From: Eledone cirrhosa
Taxonomy: Eukaryota
NCBI GenBank assembly: GCA_964016885.1
Contig: OZ024747.1
Span: forward strand, 33,604,001 to 33,668,000
Reading direction: 5' to 3'
Length of the DNA stretch: 64,000 bases
Part shown: in pieces, positions 39,401-55,028 of the stretch
Layout of the letters: the number at the start of each line of letters is the position of its first letter
Position numbering within the stretch: the stretch's first letter is position 1
Notes under the pieces: generated by a model
Databases searched by the model: none
Seen by the model: only the letters and a program-made list of their open reading frames with translations
Told to the model about the DNA's origin: nothing
Program-made: the position numbers and the translations under genes

Positions 39401-39919
39401 GGGTATGTAGTCTTGACAACCACTTTCAAGTGAGAAACGCTACTAGCGTCGATTACTCCCCTTTGCTTTTTCCAAGACTAAGTATGTGACATAATCACTA
39501 CTTTAAAATTCATAGCGAATGGTCTTCAAAATGTTTTTAAATAAACATACAGTATATTATTAAATATGCCATACATACGTACATATATATATATAAAACT
39601 AAATTTCTTTCTGATGCATTTACAAACACACATTACATATACAAATATGTAATGTAGGCTTTTAAATGCTTCTTTCTGAAAGCTGTAAAAGTCATATTTT
39701 GATATATATCTTTTTTCAGAAGTATGGTCGTATTTGTATCAGAAGATAGAGTTAAGAAGAAGTAAAAAACAAATTGCTTTAAATGTCTATTTTAAAACAT
39801 CTTATTTTGCATAAACACACACATAAACTTCATCAGTACAGATATATCTTTGCATTCAAACTATATTTATATCTATATTTGATCATCTATTTATCAACTT
39901 ATCTTATATCCCATTTTGC

Positions 39920-40790
39920 TATACACTCACACACCCACACGCATACACACACATACACTCACACACCCACACACATACACTCATATACACTCACACACCC
40001 ACACACATATAGTCATTCACACACATACACCCATATACACTCACACACCCACACATATACACTCATTCACACACATACAGTCATATACACTCACACACCC
40101 ACACACATACACTCATTCGCAGACACACATACATGTACACTCACACACCCACACATATACACTAATTCACACACATACACACATGTACACATACACACAC
40201 ATATACACTCACACACCCACACATATACACTCATTCACACACATACACATATGCTCACTCATGCATAAACTCACACACACTTGCATACACCTCACATACA
40301 CATGACCCTCCCCTACACAAACACATATACATTGATATACTCGCACACATACACCTCCCATATATACACACACACACACACACATAATCCTCCTATACAC
40401 ACACATTCATACAATCACACACATAAACCTCCCATACACACATACATACATTTACCCTTCCTATACACACATACATACTCACAACTGCACTACATATTCA
40501 CATACATTACCTCTACTACACACATGCATGCAAATAAATGAATAAATCAATGTATGTGCGTAGCATACAAACATATATATATACCATACATACATAATAT
40601 ACGTACACACACACATACATAACATATATACATACACACTTACACACATATACGTGTACACACACATTACATACATAAGTATACACATACAAACGTTACA
40701 TATATATATACACACACATAACACGTACATACACACATACTCTCACATAACAAACATACACATATGTACACATGTATACACACATCACAT
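39920..40790. repeat. (CA)/(CATA)-rich low-complexity minisatellite
   Basis: Repeated cacacacccacacatatacactcattc motifs. Confidence 0.85.
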
Positions 40791-41409
40791 AAAATACGTT
40801 ATGCAGGCATAGTTCAGACGTTTACAATGGTTCCGACGTTTACTTTGCTATGATGAAGTAGAGGGTTTGATGACACTAATTTGAACATGGAGCCAAGATT
40901 CATTTGTCAGATCCTCAGTTTTACTTATGGTTCTAATTGAAAATATGGAGATAGAAGCAACATGGAAATCTGTCTGCTTGTAATTCAAAGGAACAGCTTT
41001 GTCACATATTGTTGTGTCTCACAGACAAACCATCGTCCACTGGTCCTCCCTGCACTTTTAAACCAGCAGAGTCAAAATTACCTAACTGCTCCTTGACAGT
41101 GTAGTTAGTGATGTTAATGGCAGATAATATCTTACCTGCACCATTCGTGTAAAGTAATTATTCAACTCATAAATGGCGCCATAACTGGTACTAATACTCC
41201 GGGCCAGAGCAGACCTGGGAGTGATAACAACTAATGGGTAACTCCACATTCCCATTGCTCCTGAACTTCCAAACTGGAGCCTTGCCACTGGATGCAGTTT
41301 AATGTCATACCCAGAACATTGTGTAATGATGACTCTGACTGATGTTTACACACATATATATATATATATATATATATTGGCATACTCATCCACTGTTATT
41401 ATGTATTTG

Positions 41410-41520
41410 TTCAAATCCCGCCGAGGTTGACTTTTCCTTTCATCCTTACGGGGTCGATAAAATAAAGTACCAGTAATGCACTGGGTAATTGCTGGCCTTG
41501 TGCCTAAAATAGAAACAATT
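41410..41520 (+). mobile_element. SINE 3' part
   Basis: ttcaaatcccgccgaggttgac..ggggtcgataaaataaagtaccagtaatgcactgg..ggccttgtgcc. Same tail at 25790-25850, 30205-30260 (-) and 44282-44462 (-). Confidence 0.65.
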
Positions 41521-41599
41521 ATGTATTTATTCATGTATGTACATATGTACCCTTATAGAAGTTAATCAAATCCACAAGTCACCACAATAGATGAAACTT

Positions 41600-41850
41600 A
41601 AGGGTCAGTCTGCCATGTAGTCCCAGGCGACAAGATGAAGACATTGCCCAGACGATGGTGAGGGAGGCAGGCTTGATTAGACACTCCAACTCACAGGTCT
41701 CACATCTGGAGTTAGCCAACTCTGCCATAATAGCAGTGAGAAGAGACATGGACTGGGAGCCAAGCATGCCAGAAGTCTCCACTGCTACAGTCTCAACAAC
41801 AAACATATCAGAGAGCGGCCGATACTTTGACAGTCCTCCACTTATATTAT
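41600..41850 (-). mobile_element. Degraded C-terminal RLE fragment of a CRE-like retrotransposon
   Basis: KYRPL..VETVAVETSG.LG..S.SLL..I..EL...RE...L....SLTI resembles the C-terminal RLE pattern of CRE-type elements. Confidence 0.5.
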
Positions 41851-42009
41851 AATTCATGTAGTAGGCAAAACAGTCAAACAGATTGCATATATATATATTA
41901 ATGTTTTATATATATAAACAAATAGTAGAGAGGAAAAACATTTTTTCAGTAGAAAATGCTGAAGAGATTCCTTCAGCATAATATCTTCAGTAAAACATCG
42001 TAGTAAAAA

Positions 42010-43560
42010 CACCCCCACTAGAGAACAGTCAGGTATTAGAGAAAAATACCATGGAAAGCATCCAGCAAATAGCTAACTCCATCCACCAGAGTATTAGAGT
42101 TACTATAGACTACCCAAGCAAACACCCCAACCATCGATTACCTGTTCTAGACACAGAGCTCTGGTTAGATACCATTAATAACAAAAAACAAATCCTCCAT
42201 TCCCATTATGCCAAACCCATGACTTCCAAATATCTAACCCACCGAAACTCAGCTGTTTCGGACCATACCAAAATCAACATACTGATTGCGGATTTGGTAC
42301 GGGTAATGAGAAACGTGTCCCGCATATGCAACCCCAAATAACTAGAGAGACACACACAACACTTCATCCACCGTATGCAGTTCTCTGGTTACAATCAGAG
42401 AGATAAAATCAGAGTATATAGAGGAGCCAGAACCAAATGGGAAAAAATGGAAAATAATGACACAAATGGGACCTGCCCCTTGTATAGGAGCAAATTTTGG
42501 AATAGAATAGAAAGAACTAGGAATAAGGTTAATAGAATAAACTCATGGTATGATAGTAATAAATACCAGAGTGTAATGTTCATCGATACAACCCCTAGAA
42601 GTGAATTAGCTTACAAATTTAGAAGGGCCCTAGATAAATATAAACTCAATATTAAGATAGTAGAAAGACCAGTACCTCCATAAAAACACTTATTAGTAAT
42701 ACATATCCTTTTCAAAGACCTCCCTGTATAGATAAGAAATGTATAATCTGTAAATTAAGCCCCCATATTAACTGTAAAACTAGAAATGTAGTATATAGCA
42801 TAAGATGTACTGAAGGACAATGTAGAGATAAGAATATAGTGTACATAGGTGAGTCAGCTCGTAGTATAGGGGAACGGATAAATGAACACTGGCAAGAGCT
42901 TCAAGATAGTAAAGAATCATCTGTACTCCACCAACATGCTAAAATAGAACATAAGGGTAAATTAGAGAACATAGAAATAAAAATAAAGTCTACACACAGA
43001 AAAGACGCAATGTTTAGACAAATCACAGAGGCAATAAACATAAATGAACTCCAACCAAAATTAAATAGAAAACATGAATGGAACTGCAACATCACAACTT
43101 ACAATTAAGGACAAAATGAAAACACACACACACATAGAACAAACAACCAACCAGTAACATGTATATAAACAAATAAATAAACAAATATAAACACACACAG
43201 ACACCCGGATGTAATACATGCGCAAACTAAGCACACAACACACACAAAAACAAGATGGCGTAGGACAGAACAAAGGAGAGGCACAAAAACAAAGAAAATA
43301 ATCCCCAGTCACTGAAGAGGTCACAGAATGTGTGACGAAAGAACTTTGACAATATATAAACAATCGTCTGGTTGTGGAACCAACCAACCAACCGGAAATT
43401 TATAAATTCCTAAATTCCTAAATTTAATTTATAATAAATTGAAGTGAAACAACTGGTGCCTGTGTTTCTTATTGGCAAAATGACCCCCCGACCCAAAGTA
43501 TAACAATATCGGTTTCAACACACGTTTTCAGATAAAGAATCTTGCTAAACAAATACAGAA
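42010..43560 (+). mobile_element. Penelope-like element (Naiad-like), 5'-truncated
   Basis: RT C-terminus/thumb LPVLD..HYAKPMTS..SA, SGY, linker CxxxxCxxC, GIY-YIG VYSIRC..YIGESARSIGERINEH..HQH..H..RQITEA..LN. One stop and one frameshift. Confidence 0.9.
43308..43350 (+). ncRNA. Minimal hammerhead motif in PLE 3' UTR/pLTR
   Basis: gtca CTGAAGA g gtcaca-gaatg-tgtgac GAAA gaac TT tgac. Confidence 0.65.
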
Positions 43561-43607
43561 ACAAAATATATATAGTATATATATATATTATATATAATAT
43601 ATATATA

Positions 43608-44220
43608 TTAAATATAAGTATGTACACGTACATACATATATGTATACAGACGTACAGTAGTATGTATATGTATATACATACATGCGCACACATATATATG
43701 TACGTATGGATTCACCGAACTTTTATTATAATGCTCGATGTGTTTGTAAACAAACATCCCGTATTTAGCCGTAGTGTCTAGCAACCATCGTTGCTCGTTT
43801 GCTCAACACTGATAAAGGAACGCTGTACTAGTTTCAAGCTTATTAGCTATCGTCAGCAACGTATACATTCAACAATCTGGCAGGAAGGTATACATTGCTG
43901 ACGATAGCTAATAAGCTTAAAACTAGTAACGCGTTCCTTTGTCAGTGTTGAGCAAACGAGCAACGATGGTTGCTAGACACTACGGCTTAATACGGGATGT
44001 TTGTTTACAAACACATCGAGCATTATAATAAATGTTCGGTGAATCCATACGTACATATATATATGTGTGCATGTATGTATATATACATACTAATGCACTT
44101 CTGTATACATATATGTATCTACGTGTACATACTTATATTTAAGTAACAGCCGTACTAAGAGTGGGAAATGACATTTCCGTACTAAGAGTGGGAAATGAAA
44201 TTTCGTTTCAATTTTTCCAT
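43608..44220. mobile_element. Second insertion of the ~430-bp HHR family as a divergent inverted repeat
   Basis: 43608-43866 is the reverse complement of ~43888-44142. Intact HHR on - at 43820-43862 (acgttg CTGACGA .. GAAA ctag TA cagcgt); the + copy has GAAA changed to AAAA. (TA)-rich flanks. Confidence 0.85.
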
Positions 44221-44240
44221 ATATATATTATATATATATA

Positions 44241-44273
<33 letters not shown>

Positions 44274-44281
44274 TTATATAT

Positions 44282-44462
44282 AATTGTTTTGGCACAAGGC
44301 CTGCAAATAACCAGTACATTACTGGTACTTTATTTTATCGACCCGTAAGGATGACAGGCAAATTTAACCTCGGCGGGATTTGAACTCACATGGTAAAGGG
44401 ATGTAATTCTTTGCGTCAAAGCATGGCGTCCGATTCTCTACTGATACTGCCAATCCACCGCC
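44282..44462 (-). mobile_element. SINE, near complete
   Basis: Reverse complement ggcggtggattggcagtatcag..gagttcaaatcccgccgaggtt..gggtcgataaaataaagtacc. Confidence 0.7.
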
Positions 44463-44567
44463 CTTCTATAATATATATATATAATATATTTATAATATAT
44501 ATATATTATATATATAATCTAAACCAATGCTAGCATGGTAGATAGACGTTAAACGATGATGATGAGA

Positions 44568-44598
<31 letters not shown>

Positions 44599-44626
44599 AT
44601 ATATATATAATATGCATATATATATA

Positions 44627-44670
<44 letters not shown>

Positions 44671-45551
44671 CATATATATATATATATATAGAATATACAT
44701 ATATATATATAATATACATATATATATATAATATACATATATATATATATATATAATATACATATATATATAATATACATATATATATATAATATACATA
44801 TATATATATAATATACATATATATATATATAATATACATATATATATATATATATAATATACATACATATATGTATATATATATATATATATAATATATA
44901 TATATATATAATATACATAAATTATTTATTTATTTGTATACACGCTTACACACACACACATATTTATATGTGCGTGGTTTTGTTTACCTATGGTAAGTTT
45001 TTGCGTATGCTTGTGTATGTACGTTTTTGTTTGTGTGTATGTATTTATTTATTTCTATTACTTCTGTATTGTATTTATTTACTTTGTTCTTAACTCCGTA
45101 GCGGAGATTCATTCGGTCTCCTATTTAGAATTTAGTCTACGACTTCTGCTATACCATTTACGTGGTATTGTCTTTGCGTGCTATTATTCTCCACGCTCCA
45201 CATATGACGTATTATCTTCGTTTTTTTCGTTCATTGCCAGAGAACGTCTCTATGCACCACCTAAGAGAACATTAGTGTACGACCTCTTTTATACCATAAA
45301 CGTGGTTCTGTCTTTGCGCGTAATTGTTTTTCACCGCTCCTATTAATGACGTATTATATTCGTTTTTTCCCGTTCTTATCCAGCGAACGTTTCCACGAAA
45401 CAAAGTATCGTCTTCCTGTCTTCCTCCGGTTGCAACGTTTTTTGAAATATCCAGTTCTGCGTTTACAGATTGACTTTGTTAGTTTCAGAAGATCCCGTTA
45501 AGAGTGAAAGCAGCGATTATTTGCTTAAACTTTAATCTGTTATTTTAATAA

Positions 45552-46664
<1,113 letters not shown>

Positions 46665-46665
46665 A

Positions 46666-46703
<38 letters not shown>

Positions 46704-46752
46704 CATATATATATATATATATATCTAATATACACATATATATATATATATG

Positions 46753-46865
<113 letters not shown>

Positions 46866-46895
46866 CATATATATATATATAATATACATATATAT

Positions 46896-46931
<36 letters not shown>

Positions 46932-47460
46932 AATATATATATAATATATATATATAATATATATATACATATATATATATAATATACATATATATATAAT
47001 ATACATATATATATATATATAATATATATATATATATAATATACATATATATATATATATAATATATATATATATATAATATACATATATATATAATATA
47101 TATATATATATAATATAATATATATATAATATACATATGTATATATATATAATATACATATATATATAATATACATATGTATATATATATAATATACATA
47201 TATATAATATACATATATATATATATAAGATACATATATATAATATACATATATATATATATAAAATATACATATATATAATATACATATATATATATAT
47301 AATATACATATATATATATATATATGTAGATAAATCTACCAAGAGTTTACGGTAGTGTCCAATCCGTATGAAGAACTCAATGTATTCCGGATATCATGGA
47401 AAGAAGAAATGTAATGAAAAATCACTTTCGGTGAAAGATAAACGGTATACAGAGTCAAGA

Positions 47461-47872
47461 TAAAATATTAAACAAATAATGAATAAACAATTCCTTATAT
47501 TAAACAAAAAAAGTTCATTATTTAACGATCGTTTCTAGGATATATATGTGTTAGAGTTGGCATGCATATTCAACAGATCTATGTACAAAATTATACAAAA
47601 TTATACAAACTATCAAGATTAAATATACATACCAACACATATATACGCCGTCTTCAGAAATAATCCTTATTTAATCATTATTTCTGAAGACGGCGTATAT
47701 ATGTGTTGGTATGTATATTTAATCTTGATAGTTTGTATAATTTTGTATAATTTTGTACATAGATCTGTTGAATATGCATGCCAACTCTAACACATATATA
47801 TCCTAGAAACGATCGTTAAATAATGAACTTTTTTTGTTTAATATAAGGAATTGTTTATTCATTATTTGTTTA

Positions 47873-47880
<8 letters not shown>
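47461..47880. repeat. ~204-bp-arm palindrome, each arm carrying an HHR with a long stem II
   Basis: Arms 47461-47664 and 47677-47880, 12-bp spacer. HHR on + at 47676-47825: cattattt CTGAAGA ..~115 nt.. GAAA cgatcg TT aaataatg. Confidence 0.85.
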
Positions 47881-47904
<24 letters not shown>

Positions 47905-48038
47905 AATATATATACAATATACATATATATATAATATACATATATATATTATACATATATATATAATATACATATATATAATATACATATATATAATATA
48001 CATATATATATATATATATATAATATACATATATACAC

Positions 48039-48137
<99 letters not shown>

Positions 48138-48180
48138 AATATATAACCCACCCAAGCTAGTGTGGAAGATGGACATTAAA

Positions 48181-49873
48181 CGTTTTACGTCCATTCCTGC
48201 ACGCTAGCAAGGGTTAGACGGGTTGTCCTGTTGTGGGCAGTGCCCGGTCGGCTGACCTTGTCTTGCTCATACGGGAAATGATTTTGACTTGATTTCTACA
48301 GCTGGATGCCCTTCCTAACACCAACCCCATTTACAGTAATTGCTGTGTGCTTTTTTTCCGTGGTGTCTTCACGTCCATTTACTGTGTGGGCTGTGTGCTT
48401 TCTTGCCGTGGCACCTCCACGACCACTTTACATTTGGAGGGGGTGGAGGCATATTGTCTATATGCTTCAGCTTTGGCTTGTACCCGTGGAAGTCGGGTCT
48501 TCTGTATTACTGTGTGCTTCCAGAGGTCAAGGTCCTGTGTCATCGCCTTTGAGAGGTGTAATTGTGTAAGTTTGGCTTTTATCAGCTCATCCCAGGTCTT
48601 TTTGTGTCTCCCCACTCCACGGCTTCCATCAACTTCTTCTGCTCTGCACCTTTTTATGCAGCTGTCATCTTTCATACGCATCCATGTCCATACTATTGCA
48701 ACCTCCTCTCCTGCACACAGCATTTGATTCCTATTATGCTCAGTCTCTCTCTCAACTTGTTTATGCTTTTCTGTTCACGTATATTACTATTATACATCCA
48801 TCGGAGCATGCAGGCTTCGTTTCTTCCTAATCTACGCAAATCTTCACAGACAGCGCCATGTAACATTGCTGTTCGTATCATACAGTCTGCATCATACAGT
48901 CTGCCTTTCATTTTGAGGGAAAAGCCTTTTGCAGCTAGCAGTGGCAGTAGCTCCCTGAAAATCTTCCATCCTGTTCTTACCCTGGATACTGTAGTTTCCG
49001 AACACCCACCTCTGCTGCTAATTTGGTCACCTAGGTAGCAATAGCTGTCTACTTTTTCTACAGAGCCCTCCCAAAGTTTGGTGGTGATTGTTTCCTGCGA
49101 TCGTTTGCTGCATCTAAAGCCAACATTTTTAGCTAGACTTACTGAGATCCCACTACATATCTTGTGTACCCATAGTTTGAATTTGGGGCAGAGGATGAAG
49201 TTCCTACATACACCATCCCTACATACTGATCAAGGCCATTTCCTTGAGGGGATCTGGGTTCTGCTTTCTCGTCTACTTACAAGAACCTTAATCTTTGTCA
49301 GGTTGACTTTGAGACCCTTTCTTTCTAATCCCTGCTTCCACGTTTGGAATTTCTTCTCTAGTTCCACCATAGATTCAGCTATAAGTGTGAGATCAACCAC
49401 ATACAGGAGTTCCTATGGGCATCCGGTCTTAAACTCCTCTGTTATTGCCTGCAATACTATAGTGAACAGGAGAGGGTTAAGAACAGACCCTGGTGGACAC
49501 CGACCTGTATGCTATATTCCTCACTATAGTCATTGTTAACCCTAACTTTGCCGACTTCTCCTCTATAGATCATGTGTACTGCTTTCACAAGCCATTCATC
49601 TTCTCCTAGTTTTCTAAGAGCCCACCAGATTATAGCACGAGGTACTCTTTTGAAGGCTGTTTCCATATGGACAAATGCCAGGTAGAGTTGATTAGCTTTA
49701 GCTAGGTACTTCTCCTGTAACTGCCTCACAAGGGAGAGGGCATCAGCGTTGCCTTTACCTGGTAAAACTCAAATTGCATCTCATCTAGATTCACCCTGTC
49801 CCTAATCAAATGTGCTATAACTCTTTCCATTACTTTCTTGACCTAGTCCATCAGCTTTATACCTCTATAGTTT

Positions 49874-49875
<2 letters not shown>
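48181..49875 (-). mobile_element. 5'-truncated, degraded RTE LINE
   Basis: Colinear with 13190-14832 (RQLQEKYLAK, MKGRLYDA, MRMKDDSCIKRC); multiple frameshifts. Confidence 0.92.
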
Positions 49876-49925
<50 letters not shown>

Positions 49926-50075
49926 CTATATATGTGTATGCTATATCTACTAGAAATACACACATCACACTAGCTTGGTCCCAGTGGCGTGAATAGGGTT
50001 ATCGACAACTAGAAACAGCAGTCGAGTCCTTTCAACAGAGTTAGCTCTACAATTAAGGAGCCGTATTTATATATC

Positions 50076-50548
50076 TATATCCAAAATTAAGATAAATCAA
50101 ATGAATTTAATCCAAATCAAAATTATGGGTGTCATGCCAGAAAGACATGCGCCATATGACCCTAAAAATAAGCTCTAAGATTCTAACGAGTAGGTCCGAG
50201 CATTTTATAATAACTAGAAATTGATTAACATATAAATAAACATGAATAATCACAGGAGATAATTTTTACAAGTGTGTAACCACACATAGCTAGGTAGGTA
50301 ACTGCATAAAGTTGACCAGAACTTCAAAAATAGATACCTTATAATATGATTAATCTTCCCTGTATATATTCCATTAAAGAAATATATTTAACCAATTAAT
50401 CGGATTGCAAACCACGGAAGTGGATACTTGGATTTTCAACAATATTTTCAACAATATTTTGCGGGTGATATGGCGCATGTCTTTCTATAATGAGACCCAT
50501 AATTTTGATTTGGATTAAATTCATTTGATTTATCTTAATTTTGGATAT
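50076..50548. repeat. ~88-bp inverted repeats bounding a ~470-bp segment in TA-rich DNA
   Basis: tatatccaaaattaagataaatc..gcgccatatgaccc at 50077-50162 versus its reverse complement at ~50462-50548. Confidence 0.75.
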
Positions 50549-50578
50549 ATATATACATATAAATATATATATCATATG

Positions 50579-50642
<64 letters not shown>

Positions 50643-50658
50643 ATATATATATCATATG

Positions 50659-50788
<130 letters not shown>

Positions 50789-50840
50789 GCATATATATAT
50801 ATAATATAATATGTATATATATATATAATATGTATATATA

Positions 50841-51166
50841 TAACTTTGAATATCTTTGAAATGTTTTGGCCAGTATTGGCCCAGGCCATGTCTAACTTAA
50901 TAGCACCACCTGGCCAAGTCTTTCAATTCAGGATTTGGGCACCATGGCCCATTCGAGAAGAGAATTACTGTTTGCGGAGATATATCCGGGTGTGGGTGGT
51001 TTGTCCGGGATTACTTGGAGGAATTTGTTAAAAGACGTCTTGAATTGTGTGTGGGCAGTTTCTGTTTTGACGTGTCCTGGTGAGGTGAAATAATTGTGCC
51101 GTATTGTTGTTATGAGTTGCGATTTAGATTTTTGTTTGGGACGGATAGCACGGGGCCCAAGCCTTG

Positions 51167-51169
<3 letters not shown>
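50841..51169 (-). mobile_element. CR1-type 3' fragment, copy 1 of 3 (others 53308-53636, 54681-55009)
   Basis: Homologous to 18272-18625 ([30 protein letters not shown]); identical endpoints in all three copies. Confidence 0.9.
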
Positions 51170-51245
<76 letters not shown>

Positions 51246-51435
51246 GTATATATATATATATGTATATATATATAATATGTATATATGTATATATATATAT
51301 GATATGTATATATCTATATATATATATATATATATATAATAAGTATATATATATATATATTTATTAAAATAACAGATTAAAGTTTAAGCATATTATAATA
51401 TACATATTATTACTATATATATATATATATATATG

Positions 51436-51480
<45 letters not shown>

Positions 51481-51499
51481 GTATATATACATATATATA

Positions 51500-51610
<111 letters not shown>

Positions 51611-51680
51611 TATGTATATATTTATATATACATATATATATAATATGTATATATATATATTTAAATATATATATAATATG

Positions 51681-51720
<40 letters not shown>

Positions 51721-51807
51721 TATATAATATGTATATATATATATATATATAATATGTATATATATATATATATATACATAATATGTATATATATATATAT
51801 ATATATA

Positions 51808-51838
<31 letters not shown>

Positions 51839-52001
51839 ATATGTATATATATATATATATATAATATGTATATATATATATATATATAATATGTATATAT
51901 ATATATAATATGTATATATATATATATATATATATAATATGTATATATATATATATATAATATGTATATATATATATATATAATATGTATATATATATAT
52001 A

Positions 52002-52077
<76 letters not shown>

Positions 52078-52089
52078 AACATATAAATA

Positions 52090-52440
52090 TAAAAAATTAT
52101 ATAGGGGCAACCTCCGGCCCGTTCAAAATTAGGTTTCGAACACATCACTCTTTCACTAATAGAAAACTAAGGCACTCCACCTCGCTCGTGGACTACATCA
52201 CATCACTAAAGGACTTAAACATCAGCTTCTCTACGCACTGGGAGATTGTCGGCAGGGCTGCACCGTACGACTTCAACAGGAAATGCGATCTTTGCCTCAT
52301 GGAGCTCTACCACATCATAACTGCACCCCACGAGCTCATCAACTTATCGCTGAAACAGCGATAAGTTGTACCCATCGCTTAAAAATATCCTTCTTCAGAT
52401 CTTCCCCGTTTTTTCTCTCCTCGATACGTAAATACTGTAT
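52090..52440 (+). mobile_element. Penelope-like (Neptune-type) GIY-YIG C-terminal fragment; duplicate at 62350-62700
   Basis: Translates [53 protein letters not shown]. Confidence 0.8.
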
Positions 52441-52471
52441 ATATAAATATATATATATATATAAATATATA

Positions 52472-52517
<46 letters not shown>

Positions 52518-52677
52518 ATATATATATATATAATATGTATATATATATATATATATACATATATATATAAATATATATATATATATAATATGTATATATA
52601 TATATAATATGTATATATATATATATATAATATGTATATATATATGTATAATATGTATACATATATATATATATATA

Positions 52678-52724
<47 letters not shown>

Positions 52725-52805
52725 ATATATATATACATATTATATACATATATACATATATATAATATGTATATATATTTATTGATATATATAATATGTA
52801 TATAC

Positions 52806-52836
<31 letters not shown>

Positions 52837-53231
52837 ATATGTATATATATGTATATATATATAGATATATAATATGTATATATATATATATAATATGTAT
52901 ATATATATATATATAATATGTATATATTTATATATATATATATAATATGTATCTATATATATATATATGTATACATATATATATATATATAATATGTATA
53001 TATATATATAATATGTATATATATATATATAATATGCATATATATAATATGTATATATATATATATAATATATATATATAATATTTATATATATATATAT
53101 ATATAATATGTATATATTTATATATAATATGTATATATATATATATATAATATGTATATATATATATATATAATATGGATATATATATAATATATATATA
53201 TATAATATGTATATATATATATATACATATA

Positions 53232-53296
<65 letters not shown>

Positions 53297-53634
53297 GTAT
53301 ATATTTATAACTTTGAATATCTTTGAAATGTTTTGGCCTGTATTGGCCCAGGCCATGTCTAACTTAATATCACCACCTGGCCAAGTCTTTCAATTCAGAA
53401 TTTGGGCACCATGGCCCACTCGAGAAGAGAATTACTGTTTGCGGAGATATATCCGGGTGTAGGTGGTTTGTCCGGGATTACTTGGAGGAATTTGTCCAAA
53501 GACGTCTTGAATTGTGTGTGGGCTCTTTCTGTTTTGACGTGTCCTGGTGAGGTGAAATAATTGTGCCGTATTGTTGTTATGAGTTGCGATTTAGATTTTT
53601 GTTTGGGACGGATAGCACGGGGCCCAAGCCTTGG

Positions 53635-53671
<37 letters not shown>

Positions 53672-53786
53672 ATATATATATAATATGTATATATATATAT
53701 GTATATATATATAATATGTATATATGTATATATATATATATGATATGTATATATCTATAAATATATATATATATATATATACTTAT

Positions 53787-53819
<33 letters not shown>

Positions 53820-53975
53820 GATATGTATATATCTATATATATATATATATATATATATAATAAGTATATATATATATATATTTATTAAAATAACAGATTA
53901 AAGTTTAAGCATATTATAATATACATATTATTACTATATATATATATATGATATGTATATATATATATATATATA

Positions 53976-54011
<36 letters not shown>

Positions 54012-54078
54012 GTATATATACATATATATAATATGTATATATATATGTATAATATGTATACATATATATATATATATA

Positions 54079-54125
<47 letters not shown>

Positions 54126-54206
54126 ATATATATATACATATTATATACATATATACATATATATAATATGTATATATATTTATAGATATATATAATATGT
54201 ATATAC

Positions 54207-54237
<31 letters not shown>

Positions 54238-54634
54238 ATATGTATATATATGTATATATATATAGATATATAATATGTATATATATATATATAATATGTA
54301 TATATATCTATCTATATATATATAATATGTATATATATATATATATAATACGTATATATTTATATATATATATATAATATGTATCTATATATATATATAT
54401 GTATACATATATATATATATATAATATGTATATATATATATAATATGTATATATATATATATATAATATGCATATATATAATATGTATATATATATATAT
54501 AATATATATATATAATATTTATATATATATATATATAATATGTATATATTTATATATAATATGTATATATATATATATATAATATGTATATATATATATA
54601 TATAATATGGATATATATATAATATATATATATA

Positions 54635-54665
<31 letters not shown>

Positions 54666-55028
54666 ATATGTATATATTTATAACTTTGAATATCTTTGAA
54701 ATGTTTTGGCCTGTATTGGCCCAGGCCATGTCTAACTTAATAGCACCACCTGGCCAAGTCTTTCAATTCAGAATTTGGGCACCATGGCCCACTCGAGAAG
54801 AGAATTACTGTTTGCGGAGATATATCCGGGTGTAGGTGGTTTGTCCGGGATTACTTGGAGGAATTTGTCCAAAGACGTCTTGAATTGTGTGTGGGCTCTT
54901 TCTGTTTTGACGTGTCCTGGTGAGGTGAAATAATTGTGCCGTATTGTTGTTATGAGTTGCGATTTAGATTTTTGTTTGGGACGGATAGCACGGGGCCCAA
55001 GCCTTGGAATATATATATATATATATAT

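Noticed and set aside
39783-40736. His/Thr-rich ORFs
   Set aside because: Products of (CA)-rich low-complexity DNA, open in several frames.
45485-45520. CAGAAGA tccc..GAAA in the 18.7/45-kb repeat family
   Set aside because: Core is CAG rather than CUG in both copies, and no stem I closes.
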